64,000 nucleotides of DNA from assembly GCA_965248925.1 (NCBI GenBank), contig CBDFLE010000006.1, positions 1,728,001 to 1,792,000 on the forward strand, given 5' to 3'. Both the position numbers and the translations under genes were made by a program. This DNA is from Candidatus Multivoradales bacterium. GTDB lineage: Bacteria; Acidobacteriota; Thermoanaerobaculia; Multivoradales; J023. Below, in pieces: positions 1-11,330 of the stretch (position 1 is the first letter of the stretch; every line of letters starts with the position of its first letter). The notes beneath the pieces were generated by a model. That model was given only the letters and a program-made list of their open reading frames with translations. It was not told the DNA's origin and searched no databases.

Positions 1-1315
1 TGATCGGCATTCCACCCACCGGGTGAATCTCCTTCTCCTGCAAAGCGCGCAGCAGCTTGGCTTGCAACCGGGTCGACATATCGCCGACCTCGTCGAGCAG
101 TAGAGTGCCGCCGGCGGCGAGTTGGAATTTGCCCTGGCGAGCGGAGACTCCGGTGGCCACGCCCTTTTCGATGCCGAAGAGCTCTGCTTCGAGCAGGTCG
201 GCGGGAATAGCGGCGCAGTTGATGGCCACGAACGGTCCGTCTACCCGCGCTGAGGAGACGTGGAGAATACGCGCCAGATACTCCTTGCCGACCCCGGTTT
301 CGCCGGAGATCAAGACCGGCAGATCGCCGACCACCAGGGGCTCCATCTGCGCATAGAGCGCGGTCATTGCCGCCGAAGTACCGACGACATACCCTTCCGG
401 GAAGTGTAACGATCCCAGTTTGCTCGGTTGCTCGGCCACCGGCGGGCCAGGCACCCGAGTCCGCAGACGATCGATCCAGCGCACCGCCGAACGCAAGAGG
501 GCCTCGCCCGTTCGGCCGATGTTCTTCTCACCGACCAGTAGGAGGCCAAAGAAGACCCCGTCGGGTCGCTCCACTAGAGCACCCGCGACCGCCGGCTTGC
601 CAGCGGTTCTGAAACTCTCGAAACGCTCGCGCTGACCACGCTCCTCACGCTGCTGCAGATGCTCTGCCCAGGCTGCTCGGCCAGCTTCCAAGGCACCGTC
701 GTCGAGCTCTCCAGCGGAGGTCAGGACAGTGGTTTCGCCAACCGGCGGAATCTCGACCAGAAATGCAGCCAACAGATGAAGAGTCTGCACCAATTCGGTC
801 AGGGCGCCGCCGAGGTCGGCATTCGGTGCCAGGCAGAGGCGCTCGCCGAGACGCTCCACCAATTGCAGCCAATACAGGGGATCGAGCCGCCGCGAGCCGC
901 TGATCACTCGGGTGGTGTCGCGGGCCGGTGCGGTGGACGGTTTGGCGAAGGCGCCCAACGACACTTCGAAAGCGATCTCGGCATCTTGGGAATCGACCTT
1001 CGCCAACCGCAGCCGGACTCGGCCAAAGCCCAGTTCGTCGCCGGGCACCACCGCCGCCGACCGCACTTGGCGACCGTTGACGAAAGTGCCGTTCTTGCTG
1101 TCCAGATCGCGCAAGGTGATGCTCGAGCTGCCCACCCGCAGCGTTGCGTGGTAGCGCGAAACACCGCTTTCGGCCAAAACTACTTCGTTACTCGGCGCGC
1201 TGCCCAGGCGGTTTTCACCAAAATCCAGTTGGTAGCTGGCCGCGCGGCCCTCGACTCTACCGCTCAGACGGAACCCCGCCAGGGCTGGTGTCGGGTGATC
1301 GGCCGACCCGCTCAT
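1..1315 (-). CDS. FHA-domain sigma-54-dependent transcriptional activator (runs off left edge)
   Basis: Manual translation (not in ORF track): FHA motifs [30 protein letters not shown]; Walker A GETGVGKE; AINCAAIP; [12 protein letters not shown]; [19 protein letters not shown]. Its ATG overlaps the kinase stop (ATGA, 1312-1315). Confidence 0.9.
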   Translation of the reverse strand, partial: MSGSADHPTPALAGFRLSGRVEGRAASYQLDFGENRLGSAPSNEVVLAESGVSRYHATLRVGSSSITLRDLDSKNGTFVNGRQVRSAAVVPGDELGFGRVRLRLAKVDSQDAEIAFEVSLGAFAKPSTAPARDTTRVISGSRRLDPLYWLQLVERLGERLCLAPNADLGGALTELVQTLHLLAAFLVEIPPVGETTVLTSAGELDDGALEAGRAAWAEHLQQREERGQRERFESFRTAGKPAVAGALVERPDGVFFGLLLVGEKNIGRTGEALLRSAVRWIDRLRTRVPGPPVAEQPSKLGSLHFPEGYVVGTSAAMTALYAQMEPLVVGDLPVLISGETGVGKEYLARILHVSSARVDGPFVAINCAAIPADLLEAELFGIEKGVATGVSARQGKFQLAAGGTLLLDEVGDMSTRLQAKLLRALQEKEIHPVGGMPI

Positions 1316-4302
1316 CCGCCACCTGTCGAGCCATGCTCTGCCAACCAATTAGCGATCCGACCCGCCTTGAACTCACCCCTGGTGCCCAGGCCGCGATAGC
1401 TGGCCGCAGCTTGCTCAGCTTCGACCAAGGCGCGGTCGTGCTCGCCGCGGCGCCAGAAAAGTCGAGCCAGTGCACTGCGAGCGTCGCCCACATATTCGCC
1501 GGTCGGGCTCTCGCTGACCAAGAACAAGTCCAGGGAGCGCTCCAGGGCCTCGCGAGCCGCGGCGTCTCGGCCAAGTTTTTCGAGCGCCTCACCGACCCCC
1601 AGCAGCGAGTCTGACCACCAGAGATGACTCGGCTCGTACCAGGCCTCCGCCAAGCGGTGGGAGCGACGCGAAAAATGCAACCCCTCGCGTGCCTGCCCAG
1701 CCTCGGTGAGGGTGCGGCCAAGATTGGACAGCAGACCGACCCGCTGCTTCTCGTGTTCGTTCTCGATCGACTCGCGAATCGCCAGCGCCCGGCGGAAATA
1801 GCTCACCGCCTGGGAATACTCGCCCCGCGCCCAATGCACTAGAGCAATGTTGTTCAGCGGCCGGCTGATCTCGCGCGCATTGCCAAGCAGCTCGGTGATC
1901 GTCAGGGCTTGGCGGTGCATCTCGAGGGCCTCCTGCCAACGCGACAGGGAACTCAAGCTGAGTCCCTGGCTGGTCAATGCCCGCGCCACAATGTAGCTGT
2001 TTTCACCATGCTTATCGATCAGTTTTGGCAACGCCCGCTGCTGCAGCTCGATGGCCTCTTCGTAGCGACCGATGAGACGCTTGGCGATGCCCAGATTGGA
2101 TTCGGCCAAACCAACGTCGGGATGGTCGGGCCCAAGGCGGGCTCGACGAATCTCGAGCACCGCGGTCTGGTTTTCAATCGCCGCCGCCAACTCGCGCCGC
2201 TGCAAGTAGATGGCGCTGAGCAACTCGAGCACAAGAGCGGTATTGATCTCCTGATCGCCAAAGACTTGGCGCACGCTCTGCAACGCCTCAAGCGCGACCT
2301 CCTTGGCACGCTCGGAATTGCCGGCAGCGAGTTCGAGCAATGCCTCCTGGCGCTTCAGGTGTACCACCTGGACTGCCCCGCCGGCGCGGCGACGGGTGAC
2401 CCCCTCGATCAACTCGAGATAGCGCTCGGCTTCGCCGCGACGGTCGAGGCGATTGCCCAGCAGATGAACCAATTCCAGCATGGCGTTGATCCGCACCGTC
2501 AGCAGACCGCCTTCGTCGGCCAGACTGGCAGCCCGCACCAAAACGTTTTCAGCCTCTGCGTACTGGCTGGTCCCGATCAACGCCCGACCGAGTTCGAAAT
2601 AGGCAACGCACAGGCCCGGCGGATAGTCGACCCCGTCGCCTTTGGCGACCGCGGCCCGACCCAGCTCCTCCGACTGCTGATACTTGCCAGCAGAATATTG
2701 CGCCTTGGCGGCAACCGCTAGTTCCTCGACGGCGGCAATCTGGCGCCGCACCCCCTGATCCGCGGGCAGCGGCGTCTGCGCGTTCAAGCCTTCGATGTCG
2801 GCACAGCCGGCCACCGGGCTGAGGCTGTTGATTGCCTTGACCGAGGTCTCCAAGATCTGCCGGTCAGCATGGGCAAACAGGCCGATCAAGGCGTCGAATT
2901 CGCGCCACCGACCCTCGAGACAGATCATCCGCCGATCGAGCAACTCTTCGCTCTGTTCGCCCCGCAGACGAGTCGCCGCGCAAGCCTCTTGGTGGCCGCT
3001 GGCCCAGCGCTCGCCATAACGGTCGAGCAAGCTGCTGACCCGATTCCAGGTGTCGGCGGCAAACGGCGCCGCGGTGACCAAGAAAGCCGTGCGCACCGCT
3101 TCGCGACGGCTCCCATTCCATATTTCTTGCAGCCGGGTTTCGGCACCCGAGCACAGCTGGACGCGACTCTGCTGCAGCAAGTACAGACCGAGAAAAGCGA
3201 CAGCCCCCAGCAGCAGCCCACCCCCCACCAACCCCCATCGCCGGTAGCGAGCTGAAGGATCCTCGGTCAGCCCTTGCAGCAAGGCTTGCATCGAGGGATA
3301 GCGTTTCTCAGGCTCCAGCTGCAAACCGCGCAACAGCACTCGCCGCAACCACAAGGGCACCTTTGATCCCACCGCCGGCTCGCGCACTCCGCCGGTACGC
3401 ATATTGATCAGCAGTTCCTTGAGGTTGGCGCCAACGAACGGTAACTCCCCGTAAAGCGCTTCGTAAAGCGAGGCGCAGAAGCTGAACTGGTCGCTGCGCG
3501 AATCCGAGTTCTGCTGCTGGTGCTGCTCGGGAGCCATGTAGGCCGGGGTTCCGAGGGTCGATCCGGTGCGGGTGAGGTTGGCGGTCAGCGGGCTGGCGAT
3601 CTCCTTGCGACGCGCCTCGATGATGCTCTCGACGGCGATTTTCTGACCGCGGGTCGACAGCGCTTCAAGCGGCGCCGCCAAGCCGAAATCCAATACTCGG
3701 ACCCGGCCGTCTTCTCCCAGAACCACGTTGCTGGGTTTGAAATCACGGTGCACCAGGCCTGCCGCGTGCGCCGCCGCCAAGCCGCGCCCGGCCTGCAGGA
3801 AAATCTGGACAATCTCTCGCCATTCCGGCTTTTCGTCGCTCACCCATTCACTCAGGGTGCGTCCCTCGACGAACTCCATGGCGATGAAGACCTGGCCCTC
3901 GTAGGTACCGACATCGTGCACCGCGACGACATTCGGATGGGCCAGCTTGGCCAGTGCCTGTGCCTCGCGCAGCAGCCGCATACGCGCTTCATAGCCATCC
4001 GACGACTCGAAAAGCTCGACCCGCAACAGCTTCAGCGCCACCTTGCGGTCGAGTTCCGGATCGAAGGCGGTGTACACGACCCCCATGCCGCCACCGCCGA
4101 TCAGATCGAGCACGACATAACGACCAAGGCTGGAGCCGCGTTCTAGAACGGTCGGCACGGCAGCCGCGGCGCTGGCCTCGCCCAAAGTCAGCGTCGCGGT
4201 TGGCCGCAGGAGTAGGGGATCCTTCGGTTCGTTCACGGGTTTTCGGAGCGCTCCGCCGCCAAATCCTGAAGATTGAATGCTTAGAGATAGCCTGGGCAAC
4301 AC
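1312..4302 (-). CDS. Ser/Thr protein kinase with TM segment and C-terminal TPR repeats
   Basis: [33 protein letters not shown]; hydrophobic helix; TPR-like repeats ([17 protein letters not shown]). The true start may be a downstream GTG. Confidence 0.93.
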   Translation of the reverse strand: MLPRLSLSIQSSGFGGGALRKPVNEPKDPLLLRPTATLTLGEASAAAAVPTVLERGSSLGRYVVLDLIGGGGMGVVYTAFDPELDRKVALKLLRVELFESSDGYEARMRLLREAQALAKLAHPNVVAVHDVGTYEGQVFIAMEFVEGRTLSEWVSDEKPEWREIVQIFLQAGRGLAAAHAAGLVHRDFKPSNVVLGEDGRVRVLDFGLAAPLEALSTRGQKIAVESIIEARRKEIASPLTANLTRTGSTLGTPAYMAPEQHQQQNSDSRSDQFSFCASLYEALYGELPFVGANLKELLINMRTGGVREPAVGSKVPLWLRRVLLRGLQLEPEKRYPSMQALLQGLTEDPSARYRRWGLVGGGLLLGAVAFLGLYLLQQSRVQLCSGAETRLQEIWNGSRREAVRTAFLVTAAPFAADTWNRVSSLLDRYGERWASGHQEACAATRLRGEQSEELLDRRMICLEGRWREFDALIGLFAHADRQILETSVKAINSLSPVAGCADIEGLNAQTPLPADQGVRRQIAAVEELAVAAKAQYSAGKYQQSEELGRAAVAKGDGVDYPPGLCVAYFELGRALIGTSQYAEAENVLVRAASLADEGGLLTVRINAMLELVHLLGNRLDRRGEAERYLELIEGVTRRRAGGAVQVVHLKRQEALLELAAGNSERAKEVALEALQSVRQVFGDQEINTALVLELLSAIYLQRRELAAAIENQTAVLEIRRARLGPDHPDVGLAESNLGIAKRLIGRYEEAIELQQRALPKLIDKHGENSYIVARALTSQGLSLSSLSRWQEALEMHRQALTITELLGNAREISRPLNNIALVHWARGEYSQAVSYFRRALAIRESIENEHEKQRVGLLSNLGRTLTEAGQAREGLHFSRRSHRLAEAWYEPSHLWWSDSLLGVGEALEKLGRDAAAREALERSLDLFLVSESPTGEYVGDARSALARLFWRRGEHDRALVEAEQAAASYRGLGTRGEFKAGRIANWLAEHGSTGGG

Positions 4303-4445
4303 TGAGAAGAGCTGAGCGGTGATTCTACCCTTCGTACCTTACACGGGTCATTTCGTCCCGTCGCCCAGCTGATAACAAATCGTCTGCGGGCCGAGATCTC
4401 AGACTCCCGCCAGCGGCGGTTGTTGATAAGTTGGCCCGCAGCAGC

Positions 4446-5813
4446 ATGAAATCTCACCTCCCAGTCCCCTCGCCGGTCGATCCCCTTTGGCCCGCTTGGG
4501 CGAAGCTCGGGGCGGTGCTCTTGGTACTGACCGTGCACTGCTCCCTGCTGGCGATCTACTACCTCCCCAGCCCGAAACAGGCGGTGGGTGATGAGCGCAT
4601 CTATCTGACGGCGGCCCGCCATCTGCTGGCTGGCGAGGAGGCTCAGCTCGACCCCCTCTGGCCTCCGCTTTACCCTCGCTTCGTCGCCCAGCTGATGCCG
4701 GCCGACGGCGGCTCGCTGATTCCGGTACAAGCGGTTCAAATCGTCCTGCTGTTGGCCATCGCTTGGATCCTGCGCGATATTGCTCGGCGCCTGTTCGGCT
4801 CGACGCGAGCCGGCGACTTGACGGCGTTGCTGGTGCTGGCCTACCCGCCCTTGGTGGCCTTCTCGCACTACCTGTGGCCCGAGATCCTGCACCTGGCATT
4901 GTTTGTCGCCAGCCTGTGGATCCTCCTCGCCCGGCGACGAGAGCTGCGTTGGATGCCTATCCTCGGTCTGCTTCTCGGCTTGGCACTGCTCACCAAGAGC
5001 CTGCTCGGGCCGTTCTTGCCCCTGCTGTTGGCTCCTCTCTTGATCGGCAGAGGTTTCCGCCACGCCTTGTTGTGCTTGACCTTCGTCGGGCTCGCCCTCG
5101 GAGTCACTATAGCGCCGACCCTGCTGGCTAACCAACGCGCCACCGGCGAGTTGATGATCGCCGACAGCGCGCGCTTCAATCTGTTGCTCGGTCTCACCGC
5201 ACCGACGCGCCGAGCGCTGCCCGACCGGCGGGTGTGGCAGACCTTCGTCGAGTATCGCGACAGTGCCGACAGCTTTGGCGAGCGCAACGCGATCTTGCAG
5301 CTGAAAATCGAACAGCTGGTGGCTGAGCGAGGAATCCCAACGCTGCTCGCGGCCCAGATCAGTCGCCAATATTTTCGCTTGCTCGGCCATCAGAACTACT
5401 TCAGCGCTCAGCTTCCCGGCGGCCCGTTGGCCAATTCGCGGCGGGGCTACGGCGGCCCCCCACGGTTGTTGACCAAGGCATTGGCGGGATTTAGCTCCGT
5501 CTTCTACGGCCTGCTCCTGGTGCTCGGCGCCATCGGCGTGCTGCACCTGCGGCCACGGCACCACCCTGGGCTGTGGCTGGCACTCGCCTTCGTGTCTTAC
5601 AACCTGGTGATTTTTCTTTTTCTGCACGCTATGCCGCGCTACCGCATTCAACTGCTACCAGTGCTGTTTCTGTACACTAGCGGCGCTCTATCTCGTTGGC
5701 TGGAGGACGGTCCTCGGGCTTTTCTCAGGGCACCACGGTGGCGCTCGATCGCCACCATCGCTGTGGCCTCGGTGCTGTTGTTCTTGGCCTTCGGCGGGGG
5801 ACTTATCGACTGA
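4446..5813 (+). CDS. Polytopic membrane glycosyltransferase (GT-C, ArnT/PMT-like)
   Basis: GDE motif after the first TM, WPPLYPRF, multiple TM helices, PRYR near the C-terminus. Confidence 0.72.
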   Translation: MKSHLPVPSPVDPLWPAWAKLGAVLLVLTVHCSLLAIYYLPSPKQAVGDERIYLTAARHLLAGEEAQLDPLWPPLYPRFVAQLMPADGGSLIPVQAVQIVLLLAIAWILRDIARRLFGSTRAGDLTALLVLAYPPLVAFSHYLWPEILHLALFVASLWILLARRRELRWMPILGLLLGLALLTKSLLGPFLPLLLAPLLIGRGFRHALLCLTFVGLALGVTIAPTLLANQRATGELMIADSARFNLLLGLTAPTRRALPDRRVWQTFVEYRDSADSFGERNAILQLKIEQLVAERGIPTLLAAQISRQYFRLLGHQNYFSAQLPGGPLANSRRGYGGPPRLLTKALAGFSSVFYGLLLVLGAIGVLHLRPRHHPGLWLALAFVSYNLVIFLFLHAMPRYRIQLLPVLFLYTSGALSRWLEDGPRAFLRAPRWRSIATIAVASVLLFLAFGGGLID

Positions 5814-5955
5814 GCCAGCATCCCGAAGGCCGAAAATCCAGGGGTGGATCCTCTGTAGCTGCATGGCAGGCCGACGAACTAAAGAGATCCAGAGACCCCA
5901 AGAACCATATCAGCTACCCCTTTCAGCTTTTCGACGATCGGTATAGGTTCGGGCA

Positions 5956-6900
5956 ATGGCCAAACCGCTGACCTACGACGCGACATTGATCGAACGCCAG
6001 GATCTAACTTCTTCGCTGGCGATCTTCAAAATTCGACCTGATGAACCCTATACCGACGAGGCGCCCTGGTTCGTCCCCGGCCAGTACGTCACTCTGGGGC
6101 TCAACAACTTCGAACAGCCACAGCTAGGCTCGGTGCGAAGGCCGATGTCGATCGTCTCGGCGCCGCAAGAAAGCGCGGTCATGGAGTTCTACATCCGCTT
6201 CGTCAACCACCCGGAGTCCGACAATCCGCTCACTCACCTACTGTGGAAGACCCAAGCCGGCGACCGCATTTTCATGCGCCCTAAGGCGGTCGGCCGCTTC
6301 ACCCTGCCGCACACGGTGGGCGAGGACGATCCACGGATCAAGATCTGCGTTGCTGCCGGCACCGGGCTGGCGCCTTTCGTCAGCATGGTGCGCAGCGACA
6401 CCCTGCGCGACCCGGCAGCCGACTTGTCGACCTACGCCATCCTGCACGGCGCTTCCTACCCCGATGATCTGGGCTACCAGGAAGAACTCGGCCAACTAGT
6501 CGAGCACAACGGCCTGCGCTACATGACCACCATCAGCCGGCCCAAAGAAGCACCTCATTGGCAGGGAGACTGCGGCCGGGTCGAGGACTACTTCCTCGCC
6601 GACCGCCTGGGCCAGCTCGAGCAACGCATTGGCCTGGATCCTGGCCAACTGACCGCCAAGACCACGGCGATCTTTATCTGCGGTCTCCAAGGCACCATCG
6701 GCCAGACCATTAGCCGCTTGATGGGCCGTGGCTTCGTGCCAGAGAACCGCAAACTCCGCCGCGCGCTCGAAGTCGCGGACGATCTCGCCCCGAGCTTGTT
6801 CTTCGAGCAATACGACAGCACGCCGGTGATCGACATCAAAGATCCAACAGTGATCGAGCCGTTGCGCGACGAGCTGCAGGCGGCGCTGGCCAAGCTCTAG
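5956..6900 (+). CDS. Ferredoxin-NADP(+) reductase family flavoprotein
   Basis: FVPGQY, RRPMSIVS, AAGTGLAPFVSM, FICGL motifs. Confidence 0.85.
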   Translation: MAKPLTYDATLIERQDLTSSLAIFKIRPDEPYTDEAPWFVPGQYVTLGLNNFEQPQLGSVRRPMSIVSAPQESAVMEFYIRFVNHPESDNPLTHLLWKTQAGDRIFMRPKAVGRFTLPHTVGEDDPRIKICVAAGTGLAPFVSMVRSDTLRDPAADLSTYAILHGASYPDDLGYQEELGQLVEHNGLRYMTTISRPKEAPHWQGDCGRVEDYFLADRLGQLEQRIGLDPGQLTAKTTAIFICGLQGTIGQTISRLMGRGFVPENRKLRRALEVADDLAPSLFFEQYDSTPVIDIKDPTVIEPLRDELQAALAKL

Positions 6901-6906
6901 AGCGGC

Positions 6907-7713
6907 CTAGCCCGCGGCGCCGCCAACCAACTCGCCACGCAGCACGGTAACCGCCCGGCCGCGCAGCAGCACCCGCTCGCCTGCCAGCTCAACCTCCACC
7001 TCGCCACCGCGGGCCGAAGCCTGAAAACCGCGCAGCCTCTTCTTGCCCAGTCGCGCCGCCCAATAAGGTGCCAGAGCGCAGTGGGCGGAACCGGTGACCG
7101 GGTCTTCATCGATCCCCACCGCCGGAGCAAACATGCGCGAGACAAAATCCAGGTCGTCGCTATCGGCTAGCGCGGTGACAATCAGCCCGTGGCTGGTCAG
7201 GCAACCCAGGCGACCAAATTCGGGCCGCAGCGCACGGATCTCGGCTTCGCTATCGTAGACCAAGAAAAAGTAACCGAAGTCGTCTTTACCCAACCAGCCC
7301 GGCGCACCCCCCACCACCTCCACCAAGCCGCTGGGTAACTCCACTGCCCGTGGCGGTTGGGCGGGAAAATCGAGCTCGATCTCCGCGCCCAACCGGCGGG
7401 CGGTCAGCAACCCGCTACGGCAGTGAAAGTGGGCGGTTTCAGCTGCATCCAAATGGCCGTCCTCGAACAGCAGATGGGCGCTTGCCAGGGTAGCGTGGCC
7501 ACAGAGATCGACCTCCACCGCTGGAGTGAACCAGCGCAGCCCAAAGCCGTCGTCGCGGCGCAGCAGAAAGGCGGTCTCCGAGAGGTTCATCTCCGCCGCC
7601 ACCTGCTGCATCCAAGCCTGCTCTCGCGGCTCGTCGAGCAGGCATACGGCGGCCGGGTTGCCGGCGAAAGGGCGGCTGGTGAAGGCATCTATCTGAACAA
7701 TGGGAAGGGCCAT
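6907..7713 (-). CDS. PhzF family isomerase
   Basis: IDAFT..PFAGNPAAV, EMNLSETAF, EVDLCGHATLA, EDPVTGSA; start re-assigned to ATG 7713 (MALPIVQ). Confidence 0.93.
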   Translation of the reverse strand: MALPIVQIDAFTSRPFAGNPAAVCLLDEPREQAWMQQVAAEMNLSETAFLLRRDDGFGLRWFTPAVEVDLCGHATLASAHLLFEDGHLDAAETAHFHCRSGLLTARRLGAEIELDFPAQPPRAVELPSGLVEVVGGAPGWLGKDDFGYFFLVYDSEAEIRALRPEFGRLGCLTSHGLIVTALADSDDLDFVSRMFAPAVGIDEDPVTGSAHCALAPYWAARLGKKRLRGFQASARGGEVEVELAGERVLLRGRAVTVLRGELVGGAAG

Positions 7714-7840
7714 GCGGATTCTCCTGAAGCAGGTTGAGAGTCTGGAGTCTAGCGCCTTCGGCGAGGCCACACCGGCGAGGGGCCGCCGAGCGCGGTAGAC
7801 TCGCCCGCCAACCACCGCTTGATCGAGGAAGAGACCACCC

Positions 7841-9991
7841 ATGGGCCAGCCCGACAGCACCGTGCATTTCCGCGCTTGCAACCTCTGCGAAGCCATCTGC
7901 GGCCTGGCCATCGAAGTCACAGATGGCCGCATCACCTCGATCCGCGGCGATCACCAAGATCCCTTCAGCCGCGGCCACATCTGCCCCAAGGCGGTCGCCC
8001 TACAAGACATTCACCAAGACCCCGACCGCCTGCGACAGCCGATGCTGCGCCAGGGCTCAGATTGGCGGCAGATCACCTGGGACGAGGCTTTCGACCTCGC
8101 CGGCGAACGCCTGCGGGCGGTACAGCAGACTCACGGCAACGACGCCGTCGCCAGCTACATCGGCAACCCGACGGTCCACAATTACGGCTCCCTGCTCTTC
8201 GGCCCGCCACTGCTGCGAGCGCTGCGCACTAAGAACCGCTTTTCCGCGACCTCGGTCGATCAGCTGCCCCACCACTTCAACGCCCACTTCATGTTCGGCC
8301 ACCAGCAGCTGATCCCAATTCCCGATATCGACCGCACCGACTTCCTGCTGGTGCTGGGCGGCAACCCGGCGGTGTCGAACGGCAGCATCATGACCGCGCC
8401 GGATATTAAGCAGCGGCTCAAGGCTATCGGCCAGCGCGGTGGCCGGCTGGTGGTGATCGATCCGCGCCACACCGAGACCGCCCGGTTAGCCGACGAGCAC
8501 CACTTCATCCGCCCCGCCACCGACGTCTATCTGCTGGCCGCCTTGCTGCACACAATCTACGCCGAGGGGCTCGACAACCCCGGCCGGCTTGCTGATATCG
8601 CCCACGGCATCGAGCTATCGCGCCGCGCGGTCGAACCCTATTCGCCGGAACGGGTGGCACCGGTTAGCGGTCTCGAAGCGACCACCATCCGCCGCTTGGC
8701 GCGGCAGCTGGCCAGCGCGCCGTCAGCGGCGGTCTACGGCCGCATGGGGGTTTCGGTCACCGAATTCGGCTCCTTGGCCCATTGGCTGATCAACAGCCTG
8801 AACTTCGCCACCGGCAACCTCGACCGGCCGGGCGGCATGATGTTCACCCGACCGGCGGCCGACACCCTGCCCCGCTCCTCACCGGGACACTTCGGCCGCT
8901 GGCACAGCCGGGTCCGCGGCCTGCCCGAGTTCAGCGGTGAACTGCCAGTTGCGACCCTGGCCGAAGAGATCCTCACCCCCGGCGAAGGCCAGATCCGCGC
9001 CTTGATCACTAACGCTGGCAACCCCGTGCTGTCGACTCCCGACAGCGGCCGGCTTGATCGCGCCCTGGCCGGGCTCGACTTCATGATGTCGATCGACCTC
9101 TACATCAACGAAACCACCCGACACGCTGACCTCATCCTGCCGCCGACCGCGGCTCTGGAGCACGACCACTACGACCTCGCTTTCCACCAGCTAGCGATTC
9201 GCAACACCGCCCGCTACTCAGCAGCGATCTTCGAGCCCGCCGCCGATACTCGCCACGACTGGCAGATTTTGGATGAATTAGCCCGCCGGCTGACCCCCAA
9301 AGAGAAGCTCACAAAGAAGCTCAAGAATACCGCCGAACGCCAGCTCCACCGCCAACTCGAACCGGCTGGAATACTCGACCACCTGCTGCGTCGCGGCCCC
9401 TATCCGCTAAAGCTCAACGACCTGAAAGCAACCCCCCACGGCCTCGACCTGGGCCCTTTAGAACCCTGCTTGCCAGACCGCTTGTTTACCGCTGATCACA
9501 AGATCCAACTCGCTCCCGAAGTGCTGATCGGAGACCTCGAGCGCCTCGAACAGCGCCTCGGCGAACTCAGCGCGCCACCTCCCTACGTGCTGATCGGCCG
9601 TCGCCAAGTGCGTTCCAACAACTCCTGGATGCACAACTATCCACGGCTGATGCGGGGCAAAGACCGCTGCACCTTGCTGCTACACCCGACCGATGCCGAG
9701 CGGCTCGGAGTAGCAGGTGGCGGCCACCTGGCGGTGCGCTCAAGAGTCGGTCAGGTGGTCGCGCCGGTCGAGATCAGTGCCGAGATCATGCCCGGCGTGG
9801 TCAGCCTACCCCACGGCTGGGGGCACAGCCGCCCAGGAGTAGAGTTACAGGTCGCCCGCCAACACCCGGGCATCAACATCAATGACCTGACTGATCCCGA
9901 ATGCCTCGACCTGCTGAGCGGCAACGCGGCGCTCAATGGGCTAGCGGTCGAACTGGAAGTGGCTCCGGCACCGGTCGCGAAACAGCCTTGA
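7841..9991 (+). CDS. Molybdopterin-dependent oxidoreductase with N-terminal 4Fe-4S site
   Basis: CNLCEAIC...CPK Fe-S motif; C-terminal molybdopterin dinucleotide-binding domain (RSNNSWMHN, PGVVSLPHGWG). Confidence 0.92.
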   Translation: MGQPDSTVHFRACNLCEAICGLAIEVTDGRITSIRGDHQDPFSRGHICPKAVALQDIHQDPDRLRQPMLRQGSDWRQITWDEAFDLAGERLRAVQQTHGNDAVASYIGNPTVHNYGSLLFGPPLLRALRTKNRFSATSVDQLPHHFNAHFMFGHQQLIPIPDIDRTDFLLVLGGNPAVSNGSIMTAPDIKQRLKAIGQRGGRLVVIDPRHTETARLADEHHFIRPATDVYLLAALLHTIYAEGLDNPGRLADIAHGIELSRRAVEPYSPERVAPVSGLEATTIRRLARQLASAPSAAVYGRMGVSVTEFGSLAHWLINSLNFATGNLDRPGGMMFTRPAADTLPRSSPGHFGRWHSRVRGLPEFSGELPVATLAEEILTPGEGQIRALITNAGNPVLSTPDSGRLDRALAGLDFMMSIDLYINETTRHADLILPPTAALEHDHYDLAFHQLAIRNTARYSAAIFEPAADTRHDWQILDELARRLTPKEKLTKKLKNTAERQLHRQLEPAGILDHLLRRGPYPLKLNDLKATPHGLDLGPLEPCLPDRLFTADHKIQLAPEVLIGDLERLEQRLGELSAPPPYVLIGRRQVRSNNSWMHNYPRLMRGKDRCTLLLHPTDAERLGVAGGGHLAVRSRVGQVVAPVEISAEIMPGVVSLPHGWGHSRPGVELQVARQHPGININDLTDPECLDLLSGNAALNGLAVELEVAPAPVAKQP

Positions 9992-10116
9992 AGTGCCCCT
10001 TCGTATGAAGTGCTGTTCTGCCAGACCCTGAGTCGGTACATTTCCCGCCCGACCATGAAACGCCGAGCAGCGCGCTGCGTAGCTATGTTCAAACCGGCAG
10101 CGCATATGGAGGCACC

Positions 10117-10563
10117 ATGGCAAAGATCGAGACTGTTCGCGAGTCCCTCTCCCGCCTACCGACAGCGGAGGAGATCGAACAACGCGCCGCTCGCGGCTGG
10201 CACTTGGCGGCCGTCGAATGGCAGCGCGAGATTGCGGCAGACGAACCCGAGACCGCGGCCGAGGTCGCCGCCGCGGCGGTGCCCTACGGTTTGCGTGTCG
10301 CCGGTTCCGGGGATGCACGGATCGAAAATGATCCCGGCGAGCAGGATGTTTTGCAGCTGACCCTCGATCGGGTGATCGACGACCAGAATTCCCTCTCCGA
10401 TGTCGCCGTCGAACTCAACCAACGCGGCTACCGCACCCGCTCCGGTGCCCCTTGGAGCCAGGTGTCGGTCTTTCACCTGTTGCCGCGAGTGGTCGAAGCG
10501 GCACCGGAGATCTTCGCCAACCCAAGTTGGGGCGAGCGCCACAAGCGCCATCGCAGCGCCTAA
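10117..10563 (+). CDS. Small protein with recombinase-type DNA-binding domain (no catalytic domain)
   Basis: VPYGL..., SLSDVAVELNQRGYRTRSGAPWSQVSV resembles the Recombinase (PF07508-like) helix motif; RBS GGAGG. Confidence 0.7.
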   Translation: MAKIETVRESLSRLPTAEEIEQRAARGWHLAAVEWQREIAADEPETAAEVAAAAVPYGLRVAGSGDARIENDPGEQDVLQLTLDRVIDDQNSLSDVAVELNQRGYRTRSGAPWSQVSVFHLLPRVVEAAPEIFANPSWGERHKRHRSA

Positions 10564-10653
10564 TCGACTGCGACCCACCGGGAAGCACTGTCTGCGGGTC
10601 GCAGTCGGCCGCAGATCTCAATTAACTTCTCAGGGGGCGCAAAGATGGCTACT
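10537..10653 (+). repeat. Left copy of ~117-bp diverged direct repeat bounding the Rhs island
   Basis: Co-linear with 24217-24332; about 15 differences counted by eye. Confidence 0.88.
10565..10607 (+). terminator. Hairpin after the stop of the recombinase-domain gene
   Basis: Perfect 12-bp inverted repeat CGACTGCGACCC / GGGTCGCAGTCG; no U-tract. Confidence 0.45.
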
Positions 10654-10889
10654 AGATCGACTACTACCCAGAGCGCAAAGCCTGGAGCTTGGACCTCGAC
10701 CCAATGACGCGACAGATTTCACTGAAACGCCTGCCAGCAGCGAGCTGATCTCAAATCCTAAACTCTCTCCTTTCAAATACCCATACAGTAAAAACCACCA
10801 AATATCGAAACCTTGTAACTTCTCGGCTCTTCGTGCGCCTATAAGTAGTGAAAGCAACTTAGCCACAAAACCAACTGAAGGGTGAAGCG

Positions 10890-11318
10890 ATGCACCGAAG
10901 AAGAGTCTGCCTGAGTACTACCCCCCTCCTGCTCCTGACCTGCCTGGCCACGGCCCCACTCCTGGCTCAATGCGACAACAATCCGATCGCCATCGACGAC
11001 GAAGTGCTGCTCGCCGCCACTCCAGTGCTGATCGACGTGCTGGCCAATGACCAAGAGCCCGACGGCGAGGCCCTCCGCCTGACGGTCCTCTCGACCACTT
11101 GTCCACTGGCCTTCGAGGTGCTTTTTGATGTCGTCCGGCTGACCCCGACCCCGGCGGTGCGAACGGCTTGCACGGTGACCTACCGAATCGAAGATGAGTC
11201 GCAGAATTTCGCCATGGCCACTATCGAGGTGACCCCAAACGGACCTTTGTTTGCCGACAATTTCGAAACCGGGAATAGCTCGCAGTGGACCGAAACTTGC
11301 GCCAGCTCCAGCTGCTAG
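10890..11318 (+). CDS. Secreted Ig/cadherin-like small protein with C-terminal FADxFE motif
   Basis: Signal peptide; NNPIAIDD..VLIDVLANDQEPDGEAL (Big_9/cadherin-like); ends LFADNFETGNSSQWT. Confidence 0.8.
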   Translation: MHRRRVCLSTTPLLLLTCLATAPLLAQCDNNPIAIDDEVLLAATPVLIDVLANDQEPDGEALRLTVLSTTCPLAFEVLFDVVRLTPTPAVRTACTVTYRIEDESQNFAMATIEVTPNGPLFADNFETGNSSQWTETCASSSC

Positions 11319-11330
11319 GGGAGAACAATC

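Noticed and set aside
4281-5651. 456-aa minus-strand ORF and other long antisense ORFs (e.g. 40864-41925, 38041-39003, 52921-53853)
   Set aside because: Shadow ORFs opposite well-supported genes in high-GC DNA, with no recognisable motifs.
10117-10563. Serine integrase responsible for the Rhs island
   Set aside because: Only 148 aa, with a DNA-binding-like motif and no catalytic resolvase domain.
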